Assembly (NCBI GenBank): GCA_964035545.1 | Contig: OZ037767.1 | Span: forward strand, 23,018,628-23,082,627 | Length of the DNA stretch: 64,000 nucleotides | Source: Bugula neritina | Lineage: Eukaryota; Animalia; Bryozoa | Direction: 5' to 3' | Part shown: positions 1 to 13,300 of the stretch, in pieces | Position numbering within the stretch: position 1 is the stretch's first letter | Layout of the letters: the number at the start of each line of letters is the position of its first letter | The notes under the pieces: model-generated | The model's input: only the letters and a program-made list of their open reading frames with translations | Database searches by the model: none | Told to the model about the DNA's origin: nothing | Translations under genes and position numbers: made by a program

Positions 1-319
1 ACTATAACATAAAACAAAATACTCTTATATTGAAATATAATGCCATTTTGAATGAACACCATAAATAACATCTGATAGGAACAACCTGATATTTGTCAAA
101 CACTACAAGAGAAAAATGGAGATCAACTTTGCAAACAAAGTGAGAGAGAACTGTAGGATTGCTTTGAGGAAACAGGAAAAGAGTTGGGAAGAAAATGATT
201 ATTTTAGAAAAAAAATCAAAAAAACTTAAATTTTGAAAATGGTCAGACAACCCAGCCATAGTTGCTTCGCCAGAATAGAAATATCAGCTTAGTGAGGTCA
301 CAATATGTACGGATAGTAT

Positions 320-455
320 GTACATGTGTCAGTATATGTCAGTATGTCTCAGGACGTGTCAGCAGGTGTACCCACGTATTCCAATGTGCCAACAGGTGTC
401 AGCATGTAGACACATGTGCCAACAGGTGTCAGCATGTGCCAGCATATGTATACAT
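320..455. repeat. Degenerate ~30-bp tandem repeat (CACATGTGCCAACAGGTGTCAGCATGT) just downstream of the REV3L stop
   Basis: 3-4 imperfect copies visible. Confidence 0.75.
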
Positions 456-468
456 GCCGCTGTTGTCT

Positions 469-1311
469 TTAGTAGTTGTTTATTCTACTCAGATACTTGT
501 CACAGAGGGCTGTTGAGAGTGTGCGCTGTTTCTGTAGCTGAGACTTCTTGTACTGTACAGGGCAGTCTAAGGACGTGCAAGGGACACGCCCGCCTGTTGA
601 AACTTTAGCACAGGTTCTACACAACTACAAGATACAAAACATAAACTACACATTAAAATGCACATTACATAAACTACACAACTACATAGATTAAATAGAA
701 AATATTTGCAGATAAAATTTTGATGAATATTAGAAAAGGGCATTATTTTTGTCAATTTACAAAATATATTAGCAAAAAAATTCCTTTCTTCAACTTGGAG
801 GTGTAAACATAAGGTTACAGAAGGATTTGAGGTATACACATACTTTCTATTAACTACATGTACACTGAGTTTGTCTAGAAGTTGATTTTGGAGTTTGTAA
901 ATTGTTGTGTTTCAAACGGGTGTATTGATCATAAAATAATTTACAATGAAAACAGTAGAAGTGTTACCACCTTATATATTAACTTGCACAGAAAAGCTGA
1001 TATAGCTGTATATAAATAAACAAAATAAGCGCTGAAGCTAACATGAAAAAGCCATTACATCTTTTAGATTTATGCAATGTCATGCTATAACATAAATTAT
1101 GTTAAAACTCATTGAAATATTTACCATTCTTTACTTATTTACTTACCTGTTCCATAGAATGTTCTAGATGAAGTTGTCTACCCACAATGCTGTTCATTAT
1201 CACAACTGTAGCCTGAGAACCTGCGGTGAGACACTTGCGGCAGATATTGGCTTGGAAACCAGATTCGCACACAAGACACTTAGCAGATCGGAAGTATTGG
1301 GAGAGAGTGCT
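469..1311 (-). CDS. REV3L: REV3L C-terminal CysA (Zn) and CysB (Fe-S) exons
   Basis: Exon 1147-1311 encodes CLVC..ICRKC. Last exon 469-624 encodes LCRTC..CTSLDCPV and ends in TAA at 469-471. Confidence 0.9.
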
Positions 1312-4300
1312 CTGCAACAGTATGATCTGGTAATGGGAAACTTGACAATATTAAGTATAGGGCTAGACAGAGTGCAGGCAAAATGTCACAATCCTACTGA
1401 GAAATAGTGATTATAGGTCCAAAGCAATATAATATATATATAATATCGATAAACCATGCTCATAAATGGAAAAAATATTTTATTAAAAAGTCAAAAAATA
1501 ATTTATAAAAACTTGACAAAGTGGTTGAAATTCTTACTCTATGAGTCAACATTTCGTTTTTTTGGCACAACTAAATGACTCGGGCATCACCAGTATGAAT
1601 ATCCATAACTAATACCATTAATAACATACATATTTATGTACATAAGATAAATAACAAATACCATTCATATGTATTCATAATACACAGTGTGTGTCTAAAT
1701 GCTTATAAATTTATATATCTAGTACCTTTGTAGATTTAGATGGATCATCACTGTCTATTTTGTAAACTTTTGGTAGTTCTTCAAACCAGCTTTGCACATT
1801 CACACCAAGAACAGACAAAGCTCTAAAAACAGGAAACAAAACGATGACTGTGGAGACAACTTTTACTACTCAGCATCAGTATATTTAATGCTAATAAGCT
1901 TGTGATACTATATAAAATGAACAGTAACACTGGTACTGCATAATAACAGTGATACTACATAGTGACAACATTACATAACAAAGTAGCTCTACCGGTGAAG
2001 TGGAGGTAAGATAACTCTGTTGATGTAATAATGGGTGTTCAGTTTGAGCTGAGGGTTAGCCAAGAGTTCCTGAGGCTCTCTCACCAGACTGTAGAGCGGA
2101 TCTCCAGGAGCCCCGCAAACTATTACATAAGGCACCCGCTCTCCACTGAGAGGTTCATTCCATGGATCTTTAGCTAACCTTTTCCTGCAGCCACAATTAG
2201 GACATCATAAGGAACAAATTAGACAAAGAAATCACATTGTTTCATTTTTAAATGATAATGCCTGTAAAATTAGCATGTAAAAACCTTTTTAAATTTGAGC
2301 AATAGCGGTTTCTTATCAATTTTAATTTGACTCATCACAACACACTCATGTTTAGTGGAAAACAGTGTCTAGTTTATTGACTTTATAATGCACGTCATAA
2401 TAAACATTCAATGTTCAGAGAATGCTAATATCAGTGAGACTATCAACATCTAACTCTGTTAATATATTAGTACCTGGGCTACAGGAGAAGATAACTCTAA
2501 GAAATTCACTTCATATTCAAACAAATTTAAAGCTTTTAATTGACAGACATACTGTTTCTATTTAACTAATTTACAAAAAATGTCTGGTGAATAAGTCTGA
2601 AGAGAAACTCTGTAACCCTGCTAACTTTGACAGCACACTTACCTAGCAATGAGTAAAGCAGGCACTTTCGCTGTAGGTTTGTAGCCTTTCTCCCCTCTAT
2701 ACTCCTTCGAGAAGATGAAGTCCTGCAGTTTGGCCGATCCCTCTAGCGTCTTCTTCAGCTGATTCTGTACGTACAACTTGGTCTGGCTCAAATCACGACT
2801 CGCAAACAAACCAATCAAACACTTCTCTAAAATCTGTAAGAATAAATTAGTGTGCAAAGTATGCAACAGAACTAATAGTCTTGCTTTGAAAATTCCAATC
2901 ACTAAATCCAGCATATTACATGATATTATATCATATTACATCACATTACATTATATTACATCACATTACATTATATTATATACCGTATTTGTTACAGTCA
3001 TACTATAGCACTGCAGTCAATGCTCTTGTGAAAATTATAAGTTGCATAGCTGCACTGATCAAACCAATTTCCCCAGCATGAACAACTACAGCATCAAATA
3101 ATCCAGTAAGTTGGCCAGCAAGAATACATATCCACTTCAGGATCAAAAGCTAGTGAGTGACCAATAAGAATGCACTTTAGAAACAGGAGTGACCAATAAG
3201 AATGTACCTTAAAAACAGCTGGTATAGAGTCTCTCCTCACCGTCTCAATCCCTTTGGCATCGTAAACAGGTTCGGCCTGATCTGCTGATTCATACATATA
3301 CCCTGCGTACCTTTTCTTAGTCTGCAGCACGCAGCCCATATACACCTGAAGGCATTATTTATATATACTACACAGTGTGTAATATCAACTAGTAAGTGTG
3401 TAGTATATACTAGACAGTGTGTAATATATACTAGTCAGTATGTAGTATACACTAGACAGTATGTAGTATACACTAGACAGTGTGTAGTATATACTAGACA
3501 GTGTGTAGCATACACTAGTCAGTGTGTAGTATACACTAATCAGTGTGTAGTATATACTAATCAGTGTGTAGTATATACTAGACAGTGTGTACTATATACT
3601 AGTCAGTGTGTAGTATATACTAGTCAGTGTGTAGTATATACTAGACAGTGTGTAGTATATACTAGTCAGTGTGTAGTATATACTAGTCAGTGTGTAGTAT
3701 ACACTAGTCAGTATGTACTATATACTAGTCAGTGTGTAGTATATACTAGACAGTGTGTAGTATACACTAGACAGTATGTAGTATACACTAGTCAGTGTGT
3801 AGTATACACTAGACAGTTTGTAGTATACACTAGACAGTATGTAGTATACACTAGTCAGTGTGTAGTATATACTAGTCAGTGTGTAGTATACACTAGTCAG
3901 TATGTACTATATACTAGTCAGTGTGTAGTATATACTAGTCAGTGTGTAGTATGTACTAGTCAGTGTGTAGTATGTACTAGACAGTGTGTAGTATATACTA
4001 GACAGTGTGTAGTATATACTAGTCAGTGTGTAGTATATACTAGACAGTGTGTACTATATACTAGTCAGTGTGTAGTATATACTAGTCAGTGTGTAGTATA
4101 TACTAGTCAGTGTGTAGTATGTACTAGTCAGTGTGTAGTATGTATTAGACAGTGTGTAGTATATACTAGACAGTGTATATTATATACTAGACAGTGTGTA
4201 GTATACACTAGTCAGTGTGTAGTATATACTTTGTTTAAATGAGTAGCAGACACACCTTTTCAAGTTTGAGTTTGATTGGCTTTGGATTGACTGCGGTGAC

Positions 4301-7300
4301 AGCATCTCGAATCTCTTCTCCGACTTTGAAGGCTGCTTTCAGATCTCTTCCCGGCACCAGCACAAACAGACTAGAACATACAGCCCTTGATATAATATAT
4401 GTTTATATAACACTGCCCTCTATAGCATATAACTTGTATATCAGTTGAAACTAGAGGTCCGATTCAGTCAGCTAAAAGTTTTGCTGCAAGATATTTAGAG
4501 TTGGATCAGACTGGATGAATGAGAAGATTTCCCTCGAACACAGCTTAGTACACATAAATGTACTATACATGAGAATACCTGCTGTAGACTATAAGATGTA
4601 AAAATACCTTCCAACACGGATCATAAAGGATTTGGGTTTGCATAGCATGAAGGAAACATAGAGTAGAGTTCAAAATTATAAAATGATGTGCATGTACTAG
4701 TATAGTAAGAATAAACAGGCAGTCATTATTGACATGGCATGGTTACTGTAGGCTAAATGACAGGTTCCGAATTGCACATGCCCCTACCTGTCAGTATCTC
4801 CATAGATGACTCGACAATTCCACTTGTCATTCTCATTCACCATCTTAATGGCATTCTCTAGCGTCTCTCTCGCCTTCCTTACAATACTGTCACCAACCTA
4901 GAGACAATACCATGATTAGCATAAGTAAAGCAGTAAGGGAGCAGGGACAAAGGGTTAGAGCACTGGTTTTGTAAACACGAGGTCATGGGTTCGATCTCCA
5001 GTAAAGACCATTGGTAATGTTAGGAAGAGCATCCAGTCATAATTGCTCCTGTGTGGCATATGAATATGTCCTTAGCCTGCTTTAAAACACCTTTCCCATC
5101 AAGAGTTTTCACAGGGATAATGACTATAAACTTGTGCGAGTTATTCATAAATGCAGCAACATTTGTAGAGAGAACACACAAAGGAAATGGGAGTGTACGG
5201 GAGGGGGGAGATGGGAGCACCACCCACCTCTACGCAAGGCATTCTCCCCGAGAAATTAGCAGCTGCGTATCCGAATGTAACATTGGCAATCAACTTTAAC
5301 CCCAGCTGTCTGGCATGTAGCAGCTTGTGCAGTCCTTTGTCAGACTTGTACCGGGACATGCAGCGTTTCACCATGAGTCTGGTGTCCAGTATCTCCTCTA
5401 CCATTCTATAACACAGGAGGAAATGAGTTCGTTATACCAGTTGCCATAGTAACCAGATAAACTTCAAGTCAAACACTAACTAGCACGCCTTACACTAAAC
5501 TCTAGCTGTATAGATAGAGAAATATCAGTTGTGTTACAAGAGGCATTTGCCGCTCATTTGAAGCACTATAAGTCCCGGTTGATTTTGTATTTGAGTCGAG
5601 TCACTTGTCTTATAAAGTGCCGTTATGTTTTCATCACTCCAGACTTATGATATACGTGAGTATAAGCAACAAACTTTAGTGATAGATATGAATGAATATA
5701 ATAGTGTATAGTATAATTTTCTAAATAAGTTGTATACTTCTCACCGTACTTCTATAAGCCATATGCATTAGGAAGTGATGCAATTTGTCCATCAGTTAAC
5801 TGAAGTACAACTTCCTTAATAACCATTCATTATTAACCAACAGTTGATGAATAAATTAAAAGCTTTAAGAAATTATAGATTTTCAGTGTGTAGGTTCAAC
5901 AATCTGTTTTATTTGTTAGTTTGAATACAGCTGAAGAGTCAAAATGGCAGCTATACCTGGAGATCACTCCCTTCCTCACATATTCCTTGACAAATGCAAC
6001 TCCATTAGGTGAGACATTGATGTGGTTCTTCAACTTGGAGAGCACATGAGCGGGTATACGGAGTGATGTGCACCCAAACTTGAAATCTTCACCTCTGCAA
6101 TGTGCATCAGACATGATAACAGCTCTGAGTACAGGTAAAGATGAGTGTTGCATGATGGGAATGGAGAGACACATGATATGAATAGCAGATATAATTTTAT
6201 TATCGCTACATTTTCAGGCTTCGGATTATGCGAATGAATTTTTCATTCAATGTTTGGAAACAGTTGCATCGAATGAAACTACAATCATAAGTTCATGCAA
6301 ACTACAACTACAAATTCATCCGTATGAGCATCCATTCACATAATAAAAGTAATGGAAACGCAGCGTTTATATCAAGACATGGAGTGGTTATTCTACTGAT
6401 GTCCAACCATATGGTAGGTGCAGCATTAAACATGTACGTAATTTAAACTGTTCAACTACAAACATAAACAAGTGCTCTAAAATCAGTGACAAATAGATAC
6501 CAACTTTATATAAGTTCTGGAGGAAAGAAACATACCCCGATTTCTCCAACTCTGCAATGTTGCCCAGACAGGTGGAGAAGCAGTAATTATAGGCTATCAT
6601 GATGGACGGGTAAAGACTCTGGAAGTCCAGCACTATGACTGGGTCAGCGTAAAACTGAGACTCAGGCTCTAGAGTCAGCGGAATGCACTCTACAACAGAG
6701 GAGACAACACGCTGTGCTAACACAGAAACTCCACCAGATGGCTTGATGTATAGTTCTATGTTTTGTAGGGAGCATATATCATATTAGTTCAGTGTTTATT
6801 TAGTTTATAATTAAAAGATTTATTGTTTAGGAATGTGATAGAACTTTGCGCGGATAAAATACAGAAGCTATTAGATATGCTTACCGGGAGGGTTCATCCT
6901 CACCCTCTGCTGCACGTTGGGAGACACGGCTACAAAGTTGAGAGGTTTGGCTATTCTTAGCATCATAGACTCAACCTTGTATTGAGTCCCTTTAATGAGG
7001 ACATCACAGAACTCGATGCCGTAAACTCTGGCAAACTCACTGGTCTGGCCAATGAAGTCAATCTGCTGCTCCATCTGGTGCAGTAACTGGGTCCGTTGGA
7101 GGTAGTAATCAAACACTCGCTGCCTACACACAGAGCAAGCTAACTTACTACAATATGCAACAATGCAAGATCTCTCAAAATACTGCATAGCAGTTATCAC
7201 ATTTCCACAAGAAGGCAGCTGGACTTAGACCACCTACTAATATTAGCTATGTCAAGGACATATTTGTAACTCATCTGCACACCAAAAACAGTGAAGTTAC

Positions 7301-10300
7301 AAAGCGTTAAGTTCAGAAACTTCCCTGCTGTTCATGCAAGCAGTTGACCTTGAAAATACACAGCATACTGCATGGTGCTATGGTCAGCTAGCAATGTATG
7401 GTGGAAACCAGGTCTGGTGACGAAAAGCTTTGCTCACCTTTGTTTAGGAAGTTGATACCAGTCTGTCAAATCTCGGTAGGAAAACTTTGGCACTCTCAGA
7501 TTAAGTATACTGTTGACTACATTCTCAAAATTGTAGTTGGTAAGGGCAGGTATCAGACCCAGACCCATCTGAAAGACAAACAATGGGTGATAAAAAAATT
7601 TTGTGCTTTAAAATCAGAATTGACTAAAGATTGATTTTAGAGATTCTAATAAAATATACGCATGTGCCGTAGCCACGCTGCACATGTCTGGCATAAGACG
7701 ATGACTGGTAATCATCATTGCATTGATCACACAACAACCACCTCCAGCTTACCTGGTGTCTCATCACTTTCCACATGTTCACCAAAATCCTCCCTCCAAC
7801 TCGAGCAAACTCTGAGCTGTGCAGCACAAACTCCTGAGATAGATCAGGCCGACTAACCACCTTTGGCATTCGAGAGAGCTCATTGGCCAGATTTAGCTTT
7901 AGAGCCATGGAACGGCGCAGTAGGTATCCCCAAGACAGCTTGTGGACTTCCCAGCCAACCAGCAAGTCTGGATCATGCCTGCAAAGAAACAGGTTAGCTA
8001 GAAAAGCTGACAAAACACAAGCCCTTCAACAATGCTCTTTAAAACACGACATATGTATCTGAAACAAGAGCCAAAATAAACCACTTCAGTTTGTCAGACT
8101 CGGGAGTGAGTTGGAGTAATAGCGAGTCACACTGACACAACTCACCTTCGTACAATACTTGCCAACTCTTCTAATAACTTCTCCTCAGTTGCACACGACA
8201 CTACAGTGACGCCTTCACCCAGCCACGTGAATACCGGCTGGGGGTAGCTACCACTGGCTAGTGAGATTAGGACATAGAGTAGTGACCTGCTGAGGGAAGT
8301 GTCATGGTGCACGTGGAGGAACACTGCCTCTACACAGTCTCTGGTAGGGTCAGGACAAAGAGAGTCTACAGAACAGAGCATGCACGTGACTTCATTTTAT
8401 TACAGTCTCAAGTGCATACTAGTGATAATATGGTTTGATGTGGCAGAGAAATGATTTAGGTTGTATATTGAGATATATATGAAATAAAACATATATATGC
8501 TACCACTACAACATATAGATTCTACTACTACAATATATAGATTCTACTACTACAACATATAGATTCTACCACTACAACATATAGATGCTACTACTATGAC
8601 ATATAGATACTACTACTACAACATATATATGCTACTACTACAACATATAGATTCTACTACTACAACATATAGATTCTACTACTACAACATATAGATTCTA
8701 CTACTACAACATATATATGCTACCACTACAACATATAGATTCTACTACTACAATATATAGATTCTACTACTACAACATATAGATTCTACCACTACAACAT
8801 ATAGATGCTACTACTACAACATATAGATGCTACTACTACAACATATATATGCTACTACTACGACATATAGATTCTACTACTACAACATATAGATGCTACT
8901 ACTACGACATATATATGCTACCACTACAACATATATATGCTACCACTACAACATACAGATGCTACTACTACAACATATAGATTCTACTACTACGACATAT
9001 AGATTCTACTACTACAACATATAGATGCTACTACTACAACATATAGATGCTTCCACTACAACATATCGATGCTACTGATATAGCAGTACTTCTGAATTAG
9101 TTGCATCACAGCCATGCAATGAGTGACATTCCACACCTATGTATCTCTACCTAACAGCATAGCTGAATAAACCTCATTATATATATCTGCACAGATTTGG
9201 AAGGACGTATGACATCATAGCTAGAAGTGCATACCCCTGGTATTAACATGGAGTTCTAGAGACATGGAAGTGATGTCATTGTATGAAGTGTTGTGACTGG
9301 TCATCTGTTTTAGAAGTTTATTAGTATCGGCAGCCCGGTCTCTCCCGGAGACTCCCTCTATACTACTTCCATCATGTGACCACATCTTTGTTATGTTGAC
9401 TGAGTGGTTAGCATATTGTGATGTCACTGAACACTGTGGTGACGTCACCAATGGTTGTGGTGATGTCACTGAATGTGGACGTGAGTCAGGCTGCTGTGGA
9501 CTTGTTCTAAGAAGAGAAAATTGAACTACAGTCACTAAACAGTACTAACAGCTACATGGGAAACAACTCTAAACTAGGATTGATTAACCCAACATCAATA
9601 TACACTATCACAGGCAGACAGTCACTTTTACTGGGAATAATGTTCAAAATTTACAATATTATGTAGTCTTACATAATACACGAAAAATTACAATGTAATA
9701 CTTAGTATTTAATACGCTTTTCAAGTTTTTCAGAAGTTGATGGCACTCCACTTGAAGTTTTGAATTTTTGGAAAAATAAAGGCTTGATTATTATTTAATT
9801 GTTTATTCTCAATTATTTTGAAAAAATCAAGTTTCTTTAAGTTAGTCTTCATGCCATCCTCGGTAATTACAGGATTGCAATATGAGTTAACTTATAATAC
9901 ATAGTAGAGATGCAAGTGCAGTAATGCCAGTAAGCCACATTCATTATAGTTGGGGTGGTAAACGGATGTGATCCTTCCCTCTGTAGTAGAACTGTTTAGA
10001 AAATCAGCTACAGCACAGAAATAAATCATAGCCCATATTTTCCAACAATTTGGATTAAACAGAAAAGTTAAGATAATTTAAATAAAATCATAAATTTTTC
10101 ATCCCAAAGCATCTACAAAACGATGGGAAACTTCATAGCCATAAAATAATGCATTATGTGCCTCTGATATGTTGGAGAACAGATTTCTAGAGAGTTAGAA
10201 ACAAGTGTTACTACTTACAGCGTTCGTGGATCTGCAGCTAGACTCATATTAGTAGGAGTATCACCAAATGCAGATGACCTAGATAACAAAACTCCAAATG

Positions 10301-13300
10301 ATACATGGCTATATGATGATTTACCAACAGCAAACCGACAAGCCAGAGAGCATTAATGCCATTCTTAGGTTGTCGATGTAAAAACACAAGTACCTATATG
10401 ATTTAAAGCAATTTGCAACAACACCTCACGAGTTACATACGAAATGTGACACTGTTTTACCAAGTTTAGTATTCCTCTATAAAGTAAATATAAGACCATT
10501 TTGGCACAATAAGACCCGCCACTACCCACCTTCGAGAGTGCTGCGTGAACTGTGCAGGTGATTTCAATAACCTTTCCGGTTTGTTTAAGGATTCTAATAT
10601 TTCAGTTGAGAAAAGATTGAACTGCCCGGAATTTCTTACTCTATTATCCTGGTTTGAATCTGGTGCAATATGATAAAATCATACTAAAGCCAATATCAAA
10701 ATTACATTCAATAAAGGAAATAAAAGCAACATGAATAACACAATATAAATATTTCTTAAGATATTCAACAATTTTCCTTTGATTGAGAAATAAGCCGAGT
10801 AATCGAACCTCTGCAGTGAGAGGAAGTTGAAGATTTTGTTGAACAGTCCATAGATTGTGACATCTCTCGCTGTAAGTTGGATTCTAACTGCTCTTTTGGA
10901 TTACAAACTTGCTGGGCCTGAATTTCTGCACTGGCTGCCTTCCGCATATCTACTTCTGCACTAGCTGCCTTCTGCATATCTACTTCTGCACTAGCTGCCT
11001 GCTGCATATCTACTTCTGCACTAGCTGTCTGCTGCATATTTGCTTCTGCACCAACTATCTGCTCCATATCTTCTTCTGCACTAGCTGCCTTCCGCATATC
11101 TACTTCTGCACTATCTGCCTGCTGCATATCTACTTCTACACTAGCGGCTTTCTGCATATCGACTTCTGCACTGTCTGCCTGCTGCATATCTACTTCTGCA
11201 CTATTTATTTGCTCCCTATCTACTTCCGAACTAACTGTCTGCTGCTTCTGTATTTCTTTCCGAATTTCTGATTCCTCCTGCAATCAATCAACACTAACAG
11301 CTACACACGCGCGACATCATTGTTTCCACATGAAAACACTTCACATGTTACAAGACTAGAAATACAGACCCTGGCAAGAGCTAGCCGCTGCTGCAGCCAT
11401 TTGTCCACATTTCCACGAGTAGGTGGGGAACGAACTGGCTGATATCTTCGTATTTGAGGAAGGAGTGAGGGGGCTATCAGAGCTGTCCCGGTCCTTAGCA
11501 TTACATCTGGCAAATGTTTGGTCTAAACATTAAACAAAATAGTTTGATCATGTGGGTCTATCTATCTAAAGGGTGATCAACTGTTCATATACTAATATGG
11601 ATTCAGCATATTGCACAGTTGTGGTAGAATTAGTTTTCATAAAAGTATGCGAGAAAAATTGTTCTGATTAAAATACCTGAATTATAATGATTCAACACCA
11701 TTATAAAATAAATTTCAAATAGCGTATTGTACTACAAGAATGAGGATGTAGTGATACAACATGTTAGGTAAGACTATAGCTACAGGATCTCCTCGAATTG
11801 GAGATAGAAAATAACTCAAAACTGATTTATACATACAAGTTTTCAAATATGTTTGACTATAAGATATAAACTGCCTAAGTTGCACAATAATTTTACTAAT
11901 ATTTGCTGCTCAGTTGCTCTACTTACACATCTGTCGGCAAATCTCTTGTTGCATAACTTGGACAGAGGGTGAGCTGTAGCCCTATCACAGTCGTCCAGCT
12001 TGCTGAAGTATGGGTATGTATTGCTGACAACAGATAGCCCCATCTCCAGGGCTGTACTCTGCACCAGCTTCAGAGAAGGTGGGGGGTGCGTATATCTGAA
12101 CCGTTTTAAGTGAACTTCATCCAACGGAGAAGACAACTACAACCCGAATTTGAAGATTGTTAAAAAGACATTTTAAAAGTTTACTGCGTAAAGTAGTAAC
12201 TTACTATAATGTACATCAGTTGAGTTTCGTGATTACAAATGAGAGCAGCTGGTGGTGGGATTATTTAGAAGAACCCAAAAATGGCTACATAAATAAATAT
12301 AAAATGAATTTATGTTTATTCATAAATTGATAGAGCCACTGTTAGTTTATCAGTGCCAGTAAGTAAAACTCAAAAATGGAATGAAGCTGCGTGTGACTAG
12401 ACTATAGTTATAAATCACATTAGTTTAAAGGTAAAAAAAGTGTACTTAAGCTAAATCGACTTACCGTGCACAAGTGATCATCTAGCCTAAGGCGCTTGAT
12501 GGAAGTATAATGATGTACTGAATAATGTTCTTCTGCGTGAACAGTTGTGGATTCAAAAGGAGTACCAGATATAGAGCTAGTACAAGCCATAGGTTGTGTG
12601 GTAGTATGATCAGGGGGCACTGAAGTAACGAGTGTAGGAGAAAAACTGCTGCAAGATATATAGGGGTCCTGGCCAGTAGGGGGTGGAGCGAGCTCATGTC
12701 TAGTAGGGGGAGTATTGGTGTTACATTTGGTAGGGGGTGTAGTAGGAACGGTTTTACTATGCGACTCCTGCAGATGAGAAGGGTTGGTAAGAGAGGGTGA
12801 AAGTTGAGATGAGACGGCACATATAGGTTCACTTGCAGATGTCTCGCTCAGAGGGCCTAGAAAACATCGAGTTAAGGAAATAATACACTACAGTTCAAAC
12901 AAGTAATTTCACAGTATGCTATAGCAACCAGCAGTTAATATGTGAGAGCCTATATAGCAGAGAATAGGCCATAGCGCTGTTTGTTGTAACACGAGTTACA
13001 TATATGACTCAGGTGCATGTAAGACTTATAAGCTCAGAGCTGTGCATATTTTCCAAGAAATCAGGTAGGATCTTGCACGTAGCAACCATTATAAGATTCT
13101 ATACCCTTGATTTATTGAGACAAAAAACGGCTATAAGACATGTGCTTTGACATACTAAAATGTATGATGCAGCAAATAGAACAACAAACCATTATAATCT
13201 ACAACCACCATCTAACTGTTAACCTAGCACTAACTTCCAAAAGTACACTCACTGCCAAAAACGATGTCAATATTATCAGGAAAGTCCTCGGTGGGGTTGA

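Noticed and set aside
262-608. Cys-rich plus-strand ORFs 262..516 and 318..608
   Set aside because: Produced by the ~30-bp repeat and the antisense of the last REV3L exon
3360-9078. Regular arrays at 3360-4230 and 8490-9078 (and 57345-57665) as CRISPR arrays
   Set aside because: Head-to-tail repeats with no unique spacers, in eukaryotic introns, with no cas genes
10909-11271. Plus-strand Cys/His-rich ORF (HIYFCTSCLL repeats) resembling a metal-binding protein
   Set aside because: Antisense shadow of the 30-bp coding repeat in a REV3L exon
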